Assembly: GCF_001194135.2 (NCBI RefSeq)
Contig: NC_068996.1
Location: 49,633,519 to 49,671,006, forward strand
Direction: 5' to 3'
DNA length: 37,488 bases
DNA from: Octopus bimaculoides
Lineage: Eukaryota
The notes below the pieces were generated by a model. That model worked only from the letters and a program-made list of their open reading frames with translations, was not told where the DNA came from and did no database searches. The position numbers were made by a program, and so were the translations under genes. Of this stretch, positions 1 to 10,180 are shown one piece after another; position 1 is the stretch's first letter, and each line of letters opens with the position of its first letter.

Positions 1-283
1 TCCGACATGACCGTTGAAGTCTCCAGCCACAAAGAGAAGGTCCCTGTCACTCGTCGACGAGGTAGTTTGCAAGAGGGTGTCATAGAATTGGTCTTTCAGA
101 CCATCTGGTAGCCCAGGTTGAGGTGCATAGGCTGAGATGACAGTAGCTAATCTATGATGAAGCACTAGTCTGATCTTAAGTACTCTGTCACTTACTCTAA
201 CGACCTCGATTACCTTATCCACCCATTTCTCCGCTAGAAGTATTCCTACGCCCCCGACCCCGTCAGTGTTCCCTGCCCAGATA
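1..283 (-). mobile_element. RTE-clade LINE, endonuclease (EEP/APE) coding segment, 5'-truncated, runs off the left edge of the window
   Basis: Manual minus-strand translation is stop-free: WAGNTDGVGGVGILLAEKWVDKVIEVVRVSDRVLKIRLVLHHRLATVISAYAPQPGLPDGLKDQFYDTLLQTTSSTSDRDLLFVAGDFNGHVG. It carries the GVG, SAYAP and GDFNGHVG motifs typical of RTE APE endonucleases. Confidence 0.9.
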
Positions 284-584
284 GTGCTAAAAAGTACAGA
301 AGTATTAGTAGCAGATGGAAAGTAATCAAAACAGCTGCTATGGAACTGCTAGATCAAATGATTTTCTGGATATTGACACATCATAGCTAGCAAGCAGGCA
401 CTATCCACCGTGTGCTTAGAAAAATTTCGCCTCTACTGATATTAGAAAAATAGAGGTGAAATTTGTCTAAGCATGCACTTGATAGTGGATAACAATATGT
501 AGAAATTGTGTGATCTAGCAATTCCACTGCTGTTGTTGGATGCTACTAATTATTTGCTACTAATATTTCTGTGCTTTTTAGCAC
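284..584. mobile_element. Foldback (palindromic) MITE-like element, about 300 bp
   Basis: Ends gtgctaaaaagtacagaagtattagtagc and gctactaatatttctgtgctttttagcac are inverted copies. Inner arms ggaactgctagatca/tgatctagcaattcc also pair, and 412-435 pairs with 451-474 at 21/24. Confidence 0.7.
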
Positions 585-763
585 AATACATCAAGACAAG
601 ATATCTTCTGAAGATGAATACTGCTGTTTTGTAGCTTTCTTACTATAGTATCCATGTTAAGAAGGGCACACAAATCATTATTCTGAACTAATATTGAATC
701 TTTAGAATAAGTACTTTTATTCTTTAAAAGAATTTTAAAATGTTGAAAGTTTTTAGTTCTTAC

Positions 764-841
764 CCATTCCTAAAGCAATTTCAGTCATACTGCGACACAA
801 TGAATCAAGGCTATCATTAATTTCTCTGTCTATTTCTATCA
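764..841 (-). CDS. SAMD4: Smaug/SAMD4 exon, C-terminal conserved motif (phase 1-1, 78 nt)
   Basis: tttttcag|TG ATA GAA...GGA ATG G|gtaag. Translates IEIDREINDSLDSLCRSMTEIALGM, resembling vertebrate SAMD4 [21 protein letters not shown] (recalled). Confidence 0.88.
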
Positions 842-972
842 CTGAAAAATTAAACAGATAGAATAAAATTTAATTAATGCATTACAGAAAATTCAAATGT
901 GCTTAAAAAGACAAACATGAAATTAATCTAAGAGGTATACACCAAAGATAAATCTATAGACCGATACCTTTG

Positions 973-1126
973 ACTCTTTAGCATTCAAACTAGCCACGTC
1001 TGGCCCAAATATTCTACCTATTTTATTCAAACCAGCCAGGTCCAACATCTCACACCAACCCTACAATGTCATTCTAAAAATAAACAAACACATCACTGAA
1101 ATCTCAAAGTTATGAAATAATGCATG
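973..1126 (+). mobile_element. piggyBac-like MITE fragment ('ccctttagcatt' family)
   Basis: Begins actctttagcattcaaac and aligns by eye with copies at 16755-17089, 27850-28055, 29197-29414 and 34895-35080. Confidence 0.6.
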
Positions 1127-1519
1127 TATCCCTGTCAAATCTCTTCCTAATACCTCCTTCTACTTGTCGCCACCCACTACATTCCCTCCAAGCCATCTCC
1201 AACTCTTTCTGAATCTCATGGGCTTACCCACCTACTCACCCTATCCAATCCCTGGTTCCACTTCACTTATATATATATATACCCCACACTCTTACATGAG
1301 TGTGTGTGCCCTGCCACCACATCTTCACCATTGTATCTCCATTCTTTCTCTCTCTCTCCAACTAAGGTAGTCATGGATCTCCTCTACTGTAAGACACCTA
1401 TTTCCGTCCCTCTCTTCATACGCCAACCCCTCATCACTTGGCACAGAACCACCTCCATCAATACTACTTTCCACTCAGTTGAAATGCATTAGATTTGCTT
1501 GCTATTATCAATAAATTGA

Positions 1520-1915
1520 ATAAGGCAGCAAGCAGGCAGAATTGTTAACACACTGAACAAAATGCTTAGCAGTATTTCGCCCAGTTCTATGTTCTGAGTT
1601 CAGTTTCCGCCGACATTGATAAGTACCATTGTTGGCACTCCGTCGCTTACGATGTCGAGGGTTCCAGTTGATCCGATCAACAGAACAGCCTGCTCGTGAA
1701 ATTAACGTGCAAGTGGCTGAGCACTCCACAGACATGTGTACCCTTAACGTAGTTCTCGGGGATATTCAGCGCGACACAGAGTGAGACAAGGCTGACCCTT
1801 TGAAATACAGATACAACAGAAATAGGAAGAAAGAGTGAGAGAAAGTTGTGGTGAAAGAGTACAGCAGGGTTCGCCACCATCCCCTGCCGGAGCCTCGTGG
1901 GGCTTTAGGTGTTTT
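1520..1915. mobile_element. Composite SINE: family-A head joined to an inverted family-B body
   Basis: 1520-1615 matches the aaggcggcgagctggcagaa head. From about 1630 to the gap the sequence is near-identical to 35093-35370. Confidence 0.7.
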
Positions 1916-2225
1916 NNNNNNNNNNNNNNNNNNNNNNNNNNNNNNNNNNNNNNNNNNNNNNNNNNNNNNNNNNNNNNNNNNNNNNNNNNNNNNNNNNNNN
2001 NNNNNNNNNNNNNNNNNNNNNNNNNNNNNNNNNNNNNNNNNNNNNNNNNNNNNNNNNNNNNNNNNNNNNNNNNNNNNNNNNNNNNNNNNNNNNNNNNNNN
2101 NNNNNNNNNNNNNNNNNNNNNNNNNNNNNNNNNNNNNNNNNNNNNNNNNNNNNNNNNNNNNNNNNNNNNNNNNNNNNNNNNNNNNNNNNNNNNNNNNNNN
2201 NNNNNNNNNNNNNNNNNNNNNNNNN

Positions 2226-2427
2226 ATTCTTTTACTTGTTTCAGTCATTTGACTGCAGCCATGCTGGAGCACCGCCTTTAGTTGAATAAATCGATCCCAG
2301 GACTTATTCTTTGTAAGCCTAGTACTTATTCTATTGGTCTCTTTTTGCCGAACCGCTATTTTACGGGGATGTAAACACACCAACATTGGTTGTCAAGCGA
2401 TGGTGGGGGGACAAACACAAACGACAA

Positions 2428-2462
<35 letters not shown>

Positions 2463-2598
2463 CGACGGGCTTCTTTCAGCTTCCATCTACCAAATCCACT
2501 CACAAGGCTTTAGTCGGCCCGAGGCAATAGAAGACACTATAGAACCCGGAACCATATGGTTGGGAAGCAAGCTTCTTAGCACACAGCCACTCCTGCGC
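2226..2598 (-). mobile_element. tRNA-derived SINE, family C (most abundant in the window)
   Basis: tRNA-like head at the right end, internal (AC)n(AT)n, and tail cttttacttgtttcagtcatttgactgc. More than 10 related copies occur in the window. Confidence 0.85.
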
Positions 2599-3160
2599 AC
2601 TTTAACTTTTTTTTTCTTCTTTCCCTTCAGGGTTGAAGTTGTCTTAGGTGGGATTTGAACTCGGAACATAAATATTTTACCTCCCCTTTTGTTCAAAACC
2701 AACCAGATCCAGCTTCTTACACCTACCCTACAATACCATTCCCAAAGTAAAGAGTCACATCACATAAATTTCACATCTCTGAGATAAAGCATGACTAATT
2801 GAATACAATGTGAATAGAAAATTGTCATGTTTGGTAGAAGAATATGAATACTAAAGGGTTAATTATAAAACACAATAAGATTTTTTTTAAACAACAAATA
2901 GCTAGGAGGATCCATCCAAGTAAAATAGGAATAAAAATTGAGAACCATTGGTCAACACAATTCTTGACATATTTTGCATTCCTCCTCCTCCTCTTGGGTC
3001 TTCACTCATTTAAGGAGTTATAGGAACAGCATTATGAAATATGGTATATCTTGGGCATTTTAAACCTAGCAGAGTGGACCCCTCTTCAAGCCTTCAATAT
3101 AAGAGAAAGGGTTATTCCTACACACATTCTCCAAGACTGTATTACAGTACCTCTCTTATA

Positions 3161-3498
3161 AAAATGAGTAAAGACCCACTTCGGTCATGAATAACCATGG
3201 GACTGCACCTAGAAAGTTAACCTCGGAGGGACAAGTCTGGGCAAGATTATTTATTATTTATGCAAGTCAACCATGCATACAAGCCTCCTCTCTCCACACC
3301 ACCAATGTTATCCAAGAAAAAGGTAAAGGGGCCGATACAGCTTGGTACCAGTGATGTCGCAACTTATTTCTATAGCTGAGTGAACTGGAACACGTGAAAT
3401 AAATTGTCTTGCTGAAAAACACAACACATAGCCCAATCTGGGAATCGAACTCACTACCTCATGACTGTGAGCCCAATGCTCTAACTGTTGAGCCATGC
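3161..3498 (-). mobile_element. tRNA-derived SINE, family E, with 12-bp TSD
   Basis: A-box/B-box-like head (tggctcaacag...gttcgattcc on the minus strand). TSD acctctcttata at 3149-3160 and 3499-3510. Second copy at about 21590-21915. Confidence 0.85.
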
Positions 3499-4698
3499 AC
3501 CTCTCTTATACAGAACACTAATTAAGTCATCTGTAGCTGCTTAACCAGACAAGAGAATACAATGTTTCACACAGCTGCCATGATATCAGCTTCATCTTTC
3601 CCAAACAAGGGTAATGAGGAAATATGTGGTCACTTCAAATGTTAGAAAAAGCAGTCAGATCTTGCTCAAATCACAACTTACTAGCATAAAAAAAAAAAAG
3701 AAAAAAAAGACGCCTGATAAAATGTCTGACAGTAAATATGATGCTTGGTCATGGCTGGAATACTTTTGACAATAGACTCAGTTGAAATTGACATGAAACA
3801 ACAACAGAAACAGCAGTAACAACAACAACAACAGTAAATTCTTCAGGGTTTGTACAGACAAAAGAATGCTCCCTGTATGCTCTGGAATGAAGGAAAGCAT
3901 AGGGCCTGGAGCATTTNNNNNNNNNNNNNNNNNNNNNNNNNNNNNNNNNNNNNNNNNNNNNNNNNNNNNNNNNNNNNNNNNNNNNNNNNNNNNNNNNNNN
4001 NNNNNNNNNNNNNNNNNNNNNNNNNNNNNNNNNNNNNNNNNNNNNNNNNNNNNNNNNNNNNNNNNNNNNNNNNNNNNNNNNNNNNNNNNNNNNNNNNNNN
4101 NNNNNNNNNNNNNNNNNNNNNNNNNNNNNNNNNNNNNNNNNNNNNNNNNNNNNNNNNNNNNNNNNNNNNNNNNNNNNNNNNNNNNNNNNNNNNNNNNNNN
4201 NNNNNNNNNNNNNNNNNNNNNNNNNNNNNNNNNNNNNNNNNNNNNNNNNNNNNNNNNNNNNNNNNNNNNNNNNNNNNNNNNNNNNNNNNNNNNNNNNNNN
4301 NNNNNNNNNNNNNNNNNNNNNNNNNNNNNNNNNNNNNNNNNNNNNNNNNNNNNNNNNNNNNNNNNNNNNNNNNNNNNNNNNNNNNNNNNNNNNNNNNNNN
4401 NNNNNNNNNNNNNNNNNNNNNNNNNNNNNNNNNNNNNNNNNNNNNNNNNNNNNNNNNNNNNNNNNNNNNNNNNNNNNNNNNNNNNNNNNNNNNNNNNNNN
4501 NNNNNNNNAATCACCCCTTCAGGAAGCAACAATACTTTCAGAATACACATGGGTTCCTAAGTTAGAGTTTGTTAAAAAAAGGATTGTTTCTGGGAGACAA
4601 TAGGAGCTGGCTTTCTGGTCTTGGGAGGAGGAAATAATAGACAATGGCTTATCAGGAGCAGACCACAGTGCCTTTTATGTACGGCGGGGGGGGGGGTC

Positions 4699-5165
4699 TT
4701 TTATTCTTACTTGTTTCAGTCATTTGACTGTGGCCATGCTGGAGCACCACCTTGAAGTGATTTAGTCAAATAAATTGACCCCAGGATTTAACATCTTTTT
4801 TGAAAGCCTGGTACTTATTCTATTGGTCTCTCTTTGCCAAACCACTAAGTTACAGGGACATAAACACACTAACACCAGTTGTGGGGGACCAACACAGACA
4901 TAAAGAGATACACATAGATATACACATGTATCATCGTCATTTAATATCCATTGTCCACGATGGCATGGGTTGGACAGTTTGACAAGGGTTGGCAAGCTGC
5001 ACCACACTCCAGTCTGATTTGGCATGGTTTCTACGGTTGGATGCCCTTCCTAACACCAACCACTCTACAGAGTGTGCTGGGTGCTTTTATGTGCCACCAG
5101 CAGAGATACCATTTGCATGACACCAGTATCTGCCACAACTGCCATTTTACTTGGCTTAAAGGTCA
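4699..5165 (-). mobile_element. Partial family-C SINE (4699-4925) followed by an RTE 3'-UTR fragment (4930-5165)
   Basis: Matches the family-C tail, then the (CAT)n-tailed gtttctacggttggatgcccttcctaac motif of the RTE 3' end. Confidence 0.75.
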
Positions 5166-5879
5166 TGTTCTAAAACACCAAACAGAGAGGCTTGTCTGAG
5201 AGTAATGTCTGGACAATATTTTATAATCAGTACCACAAAAAAGCTAATTGGAATCTTGCTAAAATACACAGAAAAGTTGAAGGTTTTACTTGATATGATT
5301 GGAAGAGATGAATAATTTGAACAGCAATATAGTGTAGTAATGAGGGTTTTCAAAACTAATTTAAAGTGGAAGTTAATAATGAATTCTTTGATTAGTACAA
5401 ATGCATAAATTTGTAAGAGAGAATATGAAGTCAATTAGTTTTGACATGTTATGTAATTTGTAATTGTTTTATTGCCCTGTGAGGAATGAAATGCAAAGTT
5501 GCTTGAAGCATTGTAGTATAGATGTAGAATAATGAATGAAATGAGAAATAAGGAAATCTAACAATGCAGGAAGTTTTTTTTTGTTTTTTTTTAAACCTTT
5601 ATATTTCAGTTACCAAGATCCTATCTTCAGAAGAATACAGTCAAAGAAATATGTATTTACATAGATCCTGCCATTTTGGATAGCCCGATGTTTAAGTTGG
5701 CAATAGCAGAAACTCCCCAAATAATGTAGTTGGTATCATAGAAGTCATGTTGGGGACGGTAGTGCTAATTAATGACATGCATCAAAATCCTATGAAAACT
5801 CACCCCACCCTAACCAATTGTCTGGCAAAAAAACCAAAGCTATGGGAATAAGATTGAGAGAGAAGACCCAGTTAAACTA

Positions 5880-6570
5880 AAGTCTCATTTGGCTTTGTGA
5901 GGAGACACTCCAGAGGTGTACCAATGATGGTGATTGCTGCATTTTGCTGACTGCCACAAACGAACGTTTTTTGGACTGAATAGTGACTGGTGACCAGAAA
6001 TGGGTTTTCTATAAAAATGTCAAGTGCTGAAGACAGTGGGTAGGGAAGGGAGAAACACCGACACCCTAGGCTAAAGAAGGTCTTCACTCACGTAAAGTGT
6101 TGTTATCTTTTTGGCAGGATATGAAAGGTTCAGTCCACTTTGAACTTTTAAAGCCAAACCAAACGATAACAGAGGAGATCTACTGTGAGCAGCTTAAAAG
6201 TCAACGCTAGAAGAAAAATTACCATCTTTGGTTTCAAGACAAAAAGGGGTTCTTCCATCAGGATGATGCTCGGCCACAGACAGCAAGGATGACATTCCAA
6301 AGGCTGGAGCAGTTTGAATAGGAAATGATGCCCCCACCACCATATTCACTTATTCTGCAGTCTTCAAAATCATTTAGACGGAAAAATATGAATTCTGTCG
6401 ACGAGGTCAGAACAGTATTGGAGGAGTATTTTTCTTCATGGACAAGTGAATTTTGGAAGAGGGGCCTTGCAAGTCTACCAGATAGATGGAAGGACATTGT
6501 AGAAAATGAAGAATATATTTTAGAGTAAAAAAGAACTTTGTTTATCTTAATTTTGAAAAATAAAAGTATT
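5880..6570 (+). pseudogene. Decayed mariner (DD34D, Mos1/Hsmar-like) transposase, 5'-truncated
   Basis: Frameshift-corrected reading: FLD*IVTGDQKWVFYKN...KVLLSFWQDMKG...FELLKPNQTI...FHQDDARP...PPYS...YFSS...FWKRGL..LPDRW..IVEN. Multiple stops and frameshifts; ends at a gap. Confidence 0.9.
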
Positions 6571-6924
6571 NNNNNNNNNNNNNNNNNNNNNNNNNNNNNN
6601 NNNNNNNNNNNNNNNNNNNNNNNNNNNNNNNNNNNNNNNNNNNNNNNNNNNNNNNNNNNNNNNNNNNNNNNNNNNNNNNNNNNNNNNNNNNNNNNNNNNN
6701 NNNNNNNNNNNNNNNNNNNNNNNNNNNNNNNNNNNNNNNNNNNNNNNNNNNNNNNNNNNNNNNNNNNNNNNNNNNNNNNNNNNNNNNNNNNNNNNNNNNN
6801 NNNNNNNNNNNNNNNNNNNNNNNNNNNNNNNNNNNNNNNNNNNNNNNNNNNNNNNNNNNNNNNNNNNNNNNNNNNNNNNNNNNNNNNNNNNNNNNNNNNN
6901 NNNNNNNNNNNNNNNNNNNNNNNN

Positions 6925-6988
<64 letters not shown>
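6925..6988. repeat. (GA)n microsatellite immediately downstream (transcript sense) of the 7000 donor
   Basis: Direct reading; the left end is bounded by an N-gap. Confidence 0.95.
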
Positions 6989-6989
<1 letters not shown>

Positions 6990-6999
6990 ACATACATAC

Positions 7000-7204
7000 C
7001 TCTATTGGATTTGAGACCACGCTGGGGCTATATGAATTTTTTCTATTTATTGGAATGTGCCCACAACCTATAACCGAAGACCGTTTAGAACCAAAACTCC
7101 ATTGAGATAGACCAGCAGCAGTAGGTTTCTGGGGATCTCGTAGCATCCTTTGACTACCCATTCTCATATTAGAGTTAGCACAAATAGGAAATGTATTGCC
7201 CCAA
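7000..7204 (-). CDS. SAMD4: Smaug/SAMD4 exon, low-conservation C-terminal region (phase 2-0, 205 nt; alternative donor at 6996)
   Basis: tttttttcag|T TGG GGC...ATA GAG|gtatgt. Open frame WGNTFPICAN...SVVSNPIE, and the start phase matches the AA| end of exon 9748-9648. Homology is weak, so support comes from splice sites and phase. Confidence 0.75.
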
Positions 7205-7865
7205 CTGAAAAAAAATAATATAAAGTAAATGTAAGTTATATGAGTTAAACAGGTTTTTTAAGAATTATTATTATTATTATTTTTTTTACAAAGAATACAA
7301 CAGCACATCTGTGAGTTAATAGTTGCAGTATGTCATTATAAGTGGTTCTTTGCCAATCATTGAAATGGCTTCTTGAAAATGGTTTACAATGTTTGCAAAT
7401 AGATATCTGGTACTCTGTTGGTTATGACGAGTGTTTCAGTTGATCCAATCAACAGAAATTAACATGAAATTAATCTGCAAGTATTTGAGCACTCCACAGA
7501 CACACGTACTCTTAATGAGGTTTCCAGAGAGATTGAGTGTGACACAGAATGTGACAAGGTAGTTAGGTTCAGTGTGCGTGTGCGAGTCTAGTAGTAGTGC
7601 AACTCAAAGAACTGCATTGGTAGACAAAATGAAGGATATCAACAAACTAACAAAGATACTTTTTTACCAGAGTGAGATGGCCCTGTTATGATTATGACAG
7701 CTCGTAAGGAAGTGCAATGCACACAGGAATCCTTTGCTTTTGTGATCCTTTCCCAAATGTTGTCTGGTTTCATCCAGGCATTGCAGATAGTGTTCATCTA
7801 TAGAGTTGTAGTTATCAGTAAACCTCTTGGAATGAGGACTTTGGCCGTGTGAAGTATATGAACAG

Positions 7866-8240
7866 ATCATCATCATCGTAGTTTAACGTCCGCTTTCCAT
7901 GCTAGCATGGATTGGACGATTTGACTGAGGACTGGTGAACCGGATGGCTACACCAGGCTCCAATCTGATTTGGCAGAGTTTCTACAGCTGGATGCCCTTC
8001 CTAACGCCAACCACTCAGAGTGTAGTGGCTGCTTTTACGTGTCACCTGCACGAAGGCCAGTCAGGCGGTACTGGCAACGGCCACGCTCAAAATGGTATAT
8101 TTTACGTGCCACCTGCACAGCAGCCAGTCCAGCGGCACTGGCAATGATCTCGCTCAAATGTCTTTACAGGTGCCATCACGATTTCGCTTGCCCCAACAGG
8201 TCTTCGCAAGCTGAGTTTTGTGTCCAATGAAGGAGACGTC
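7866..8240 (-). mobile_element. RTE LINE 3'-UTR fragment with (GAT)n tail
   Basis: Reverse complement of 11400-11917; catcatcatcgtagtttaacgtccgctttccatgctagcatgg. Confidence 0.85.
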
Positions 8241-9647
8241 TAGGTCACTACTTGGTGCCTCAGATGACTTATAAATGGAAAACATTTGCTGTTCAAGAAA
8301 AGCCAGTTGAGAAATGGCAGAACTTCAACCACATAGATGTCTCACAGTACCACAGGACAGGAGATATACATTAGGATGTGAGTTATACTGTCTTGATTAG
8401 CTAATATTCAGATAATCCATTGAAGTTATATTCAGAGATCATCATCATCATTAAATGCTCATTTTTCCATGCTTACATGGTTCAGATGGAATTCATTGAG
8501 GCAGACTTTTCTACAATCAAATGTCCTTCCTGTTGCCAATCCTCACCTGAATCCAAGCAAGGTAATATTTCCCCATGACCTGACATGTTTGTCACAGAAG
8601 ACTGAAAACAAACAACATCACTTGTATGACAATGATATTCATTTACAATTATCACATAATGTCTAGAAAAGGGCAAACACACAAACAAACAAACAAACAA
8701 ACAAACAGGTATGTTTCAGTTTCAGTGATTCCTGGGTAAAAGTTGAGTTTGGCATTGAGAAATAGTCGGGTGAGGAACCTAATGAAGGAAGTTTAGAATG
8801 GTGATGTCACTGTAAACTACACGCTGTTTGCTTTACCCATTTTTTAACCAGATATATTATTCAGTGATAAACAGAAGTGATTTATCACCTGAATAACTTG
8901 ACTTTGAAGAAAATAAATACTTCTCTTTAAATTATCTACAAACTTACAAAGGAGAAACATTAATAGTCAAAAGTCATGCAATCAGAGGAAAAATTGTCGT
9001 TTTATTAAAACCAGAAAATATAGTTATGGGTATCAACACAAACATTTTTTTCTAAGCTTTTAAAATCTAAAATGGTAGCGACAGAATCATTTTTTTTCCC
9101 TACTTTGGCCACATATTTTGGGTGCTGATGAATAAGAAAATATAAAATACTCGATGGCCTTGCTAGTGCTAATGCCATGTGAAAAAGCACCCAGTACACC
9201 AAATGGTTGGCATTAGGAAAAGCATCCAACCACAGAAACCATGTCAAAGTTGACATTGGAGCCTAGCCCCCCCAAAAAAAGTTGATATTAGAGCTTGCTA
9301 GTTTCTGTCAAACCATTGTCATTTCTCATTTTTGTCTTAATGGAAAATGAAAGTCAAACAATGATGAAGATCAGTGTAACTGAAGAATTAATAAAAAGTA
9401 AAAACTGAAGCCACTCCAAAAATATGAACAGACTTGTGAAATAAAGGAAAGTTAATGCATTTGCGTGTTTAGGTCAATGTGTTTAGAACAGGTATCTTAT
9501 TTGTATCCAATGGAGGTCAATACACACAATACAGATCTGCAGATCTTAAAAGGGATCAAAGAAATAATTCTTTTGATGTGTTTCAACAAGATATGCTAAA
9601 ATGGTAAAGGGTTCAGGAATTAATATTAACACGTAAAAAAATCTTAC

Positions 9648-9748
9648 TTTTTCCTTGGTTTTACATCTATGGTATATTTAGGAGGTGAAGTGATTTGGAT
9701 TTGCTGCTTCCAGGATGTCAGTAATTTCCTTTGTTTTTGAGTAAAAGC
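9648..9748 (-). CDS. SAMD4: Smaug/SAMD4 exon, end of PHAT domain (phase 0-2, 101 nt)
   Basis: ttcttgcag|GCT TTT ACT...AGG AAA AA|gtaaga. Translates AFTQKQRKLLTSWKQQIQ, matching SAMD4 AFTETQKKRLLSWKQQVQ (recalled). Confidence 0.93.
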
Positions 9749-9811
9749 CTGCAAGAATTAAGCAAAAAAAAAAAAAAAAAATTGAATGAAGAATTGGATT
9801 TTGTTTTTGGG

Positions 9812-10180
9812 CAGTGGTTTTCAACTACAGTCCATATATAAGATTTTGTTAAAATTTTTTACCTGTAATAAATTAGTTATACTGCTACAAAACACAAAAT
9901 AGCTTAACTTTTTGTACAATTCCTAATAATATTTCATTATATAAATATAAGGGGATGTTTTAAACATCAAATGGCTATGAGGGGCCCATCCGAGTAAGAT
10001 AGAAATCGAAGGGGTCCATCCAAGTAAGAGAGAAATTGAAGGGGTTCATCCGAGTAAAATAGAAATCAAAAGAGTCCGTCCGAGTACAACAGAAATCAAA
10101 GGGATCCATCCGAGTAAAACAGAAATTGATCCAAGTAAAATAGAAATAAAAGGGATCCGCAAGTAAAAAATGGTTGAGAA
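9812..10180 (+). mobile_element. hAT-like MITE with an internal 30-bp minisatellite; right TIR cut by the RTE
   Basis: Left TIR cagtggttttcaac at 9812-9825 and partial right TIR gttgagaa at 10173-10180. A deleted relative at about 2875-2951 ends ttgagaaccattgg. Confidence 0.65.
9981..10168. repeat. 30-bp minisatellite, about 6 copies (ggggtccatccgagtaaaatagaaatcaaa)
   Basis: Units start at 9981, 10011, 10041, 10071 and 10101, followed by two partial units. Confidence 0.9.

Noticed and set aside
284-763. Smaug recognition elements (CNGG-loop hairpins) suggesting autoregulation
   Set aside because: None found by eye in the hairpins examined. A systematic fold-and-scan was not possible here.
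3420-3498. tRNA-like sequences (also about 2540-2598, 28164-28240, 35385-35468)
   Set aside because: They have A/B boxes but no complete cloverleaf and continue into SINE bodies, so they are SINE heads rather than tRNA genes.
5805-5840. 36-nt minus segment with a strong acceptor and GGG|GTGAGT donor, a candidate for the missing exon
   Set aside because: In-frame TAG in phase 0, and it would end in phase 0 rather than 1.
7664-7876. 70-aa minus ORF
   Set aside because: It starts inside an RTE (GAT)n tail, has no usable splice sites and shows no homology.
9981-10168. 30-bp periodic array as a possible CRISPR
   Set aside because: Units are contiguous with no unique spacers, there are no cas genes, and the context is a eukaryotic intron.
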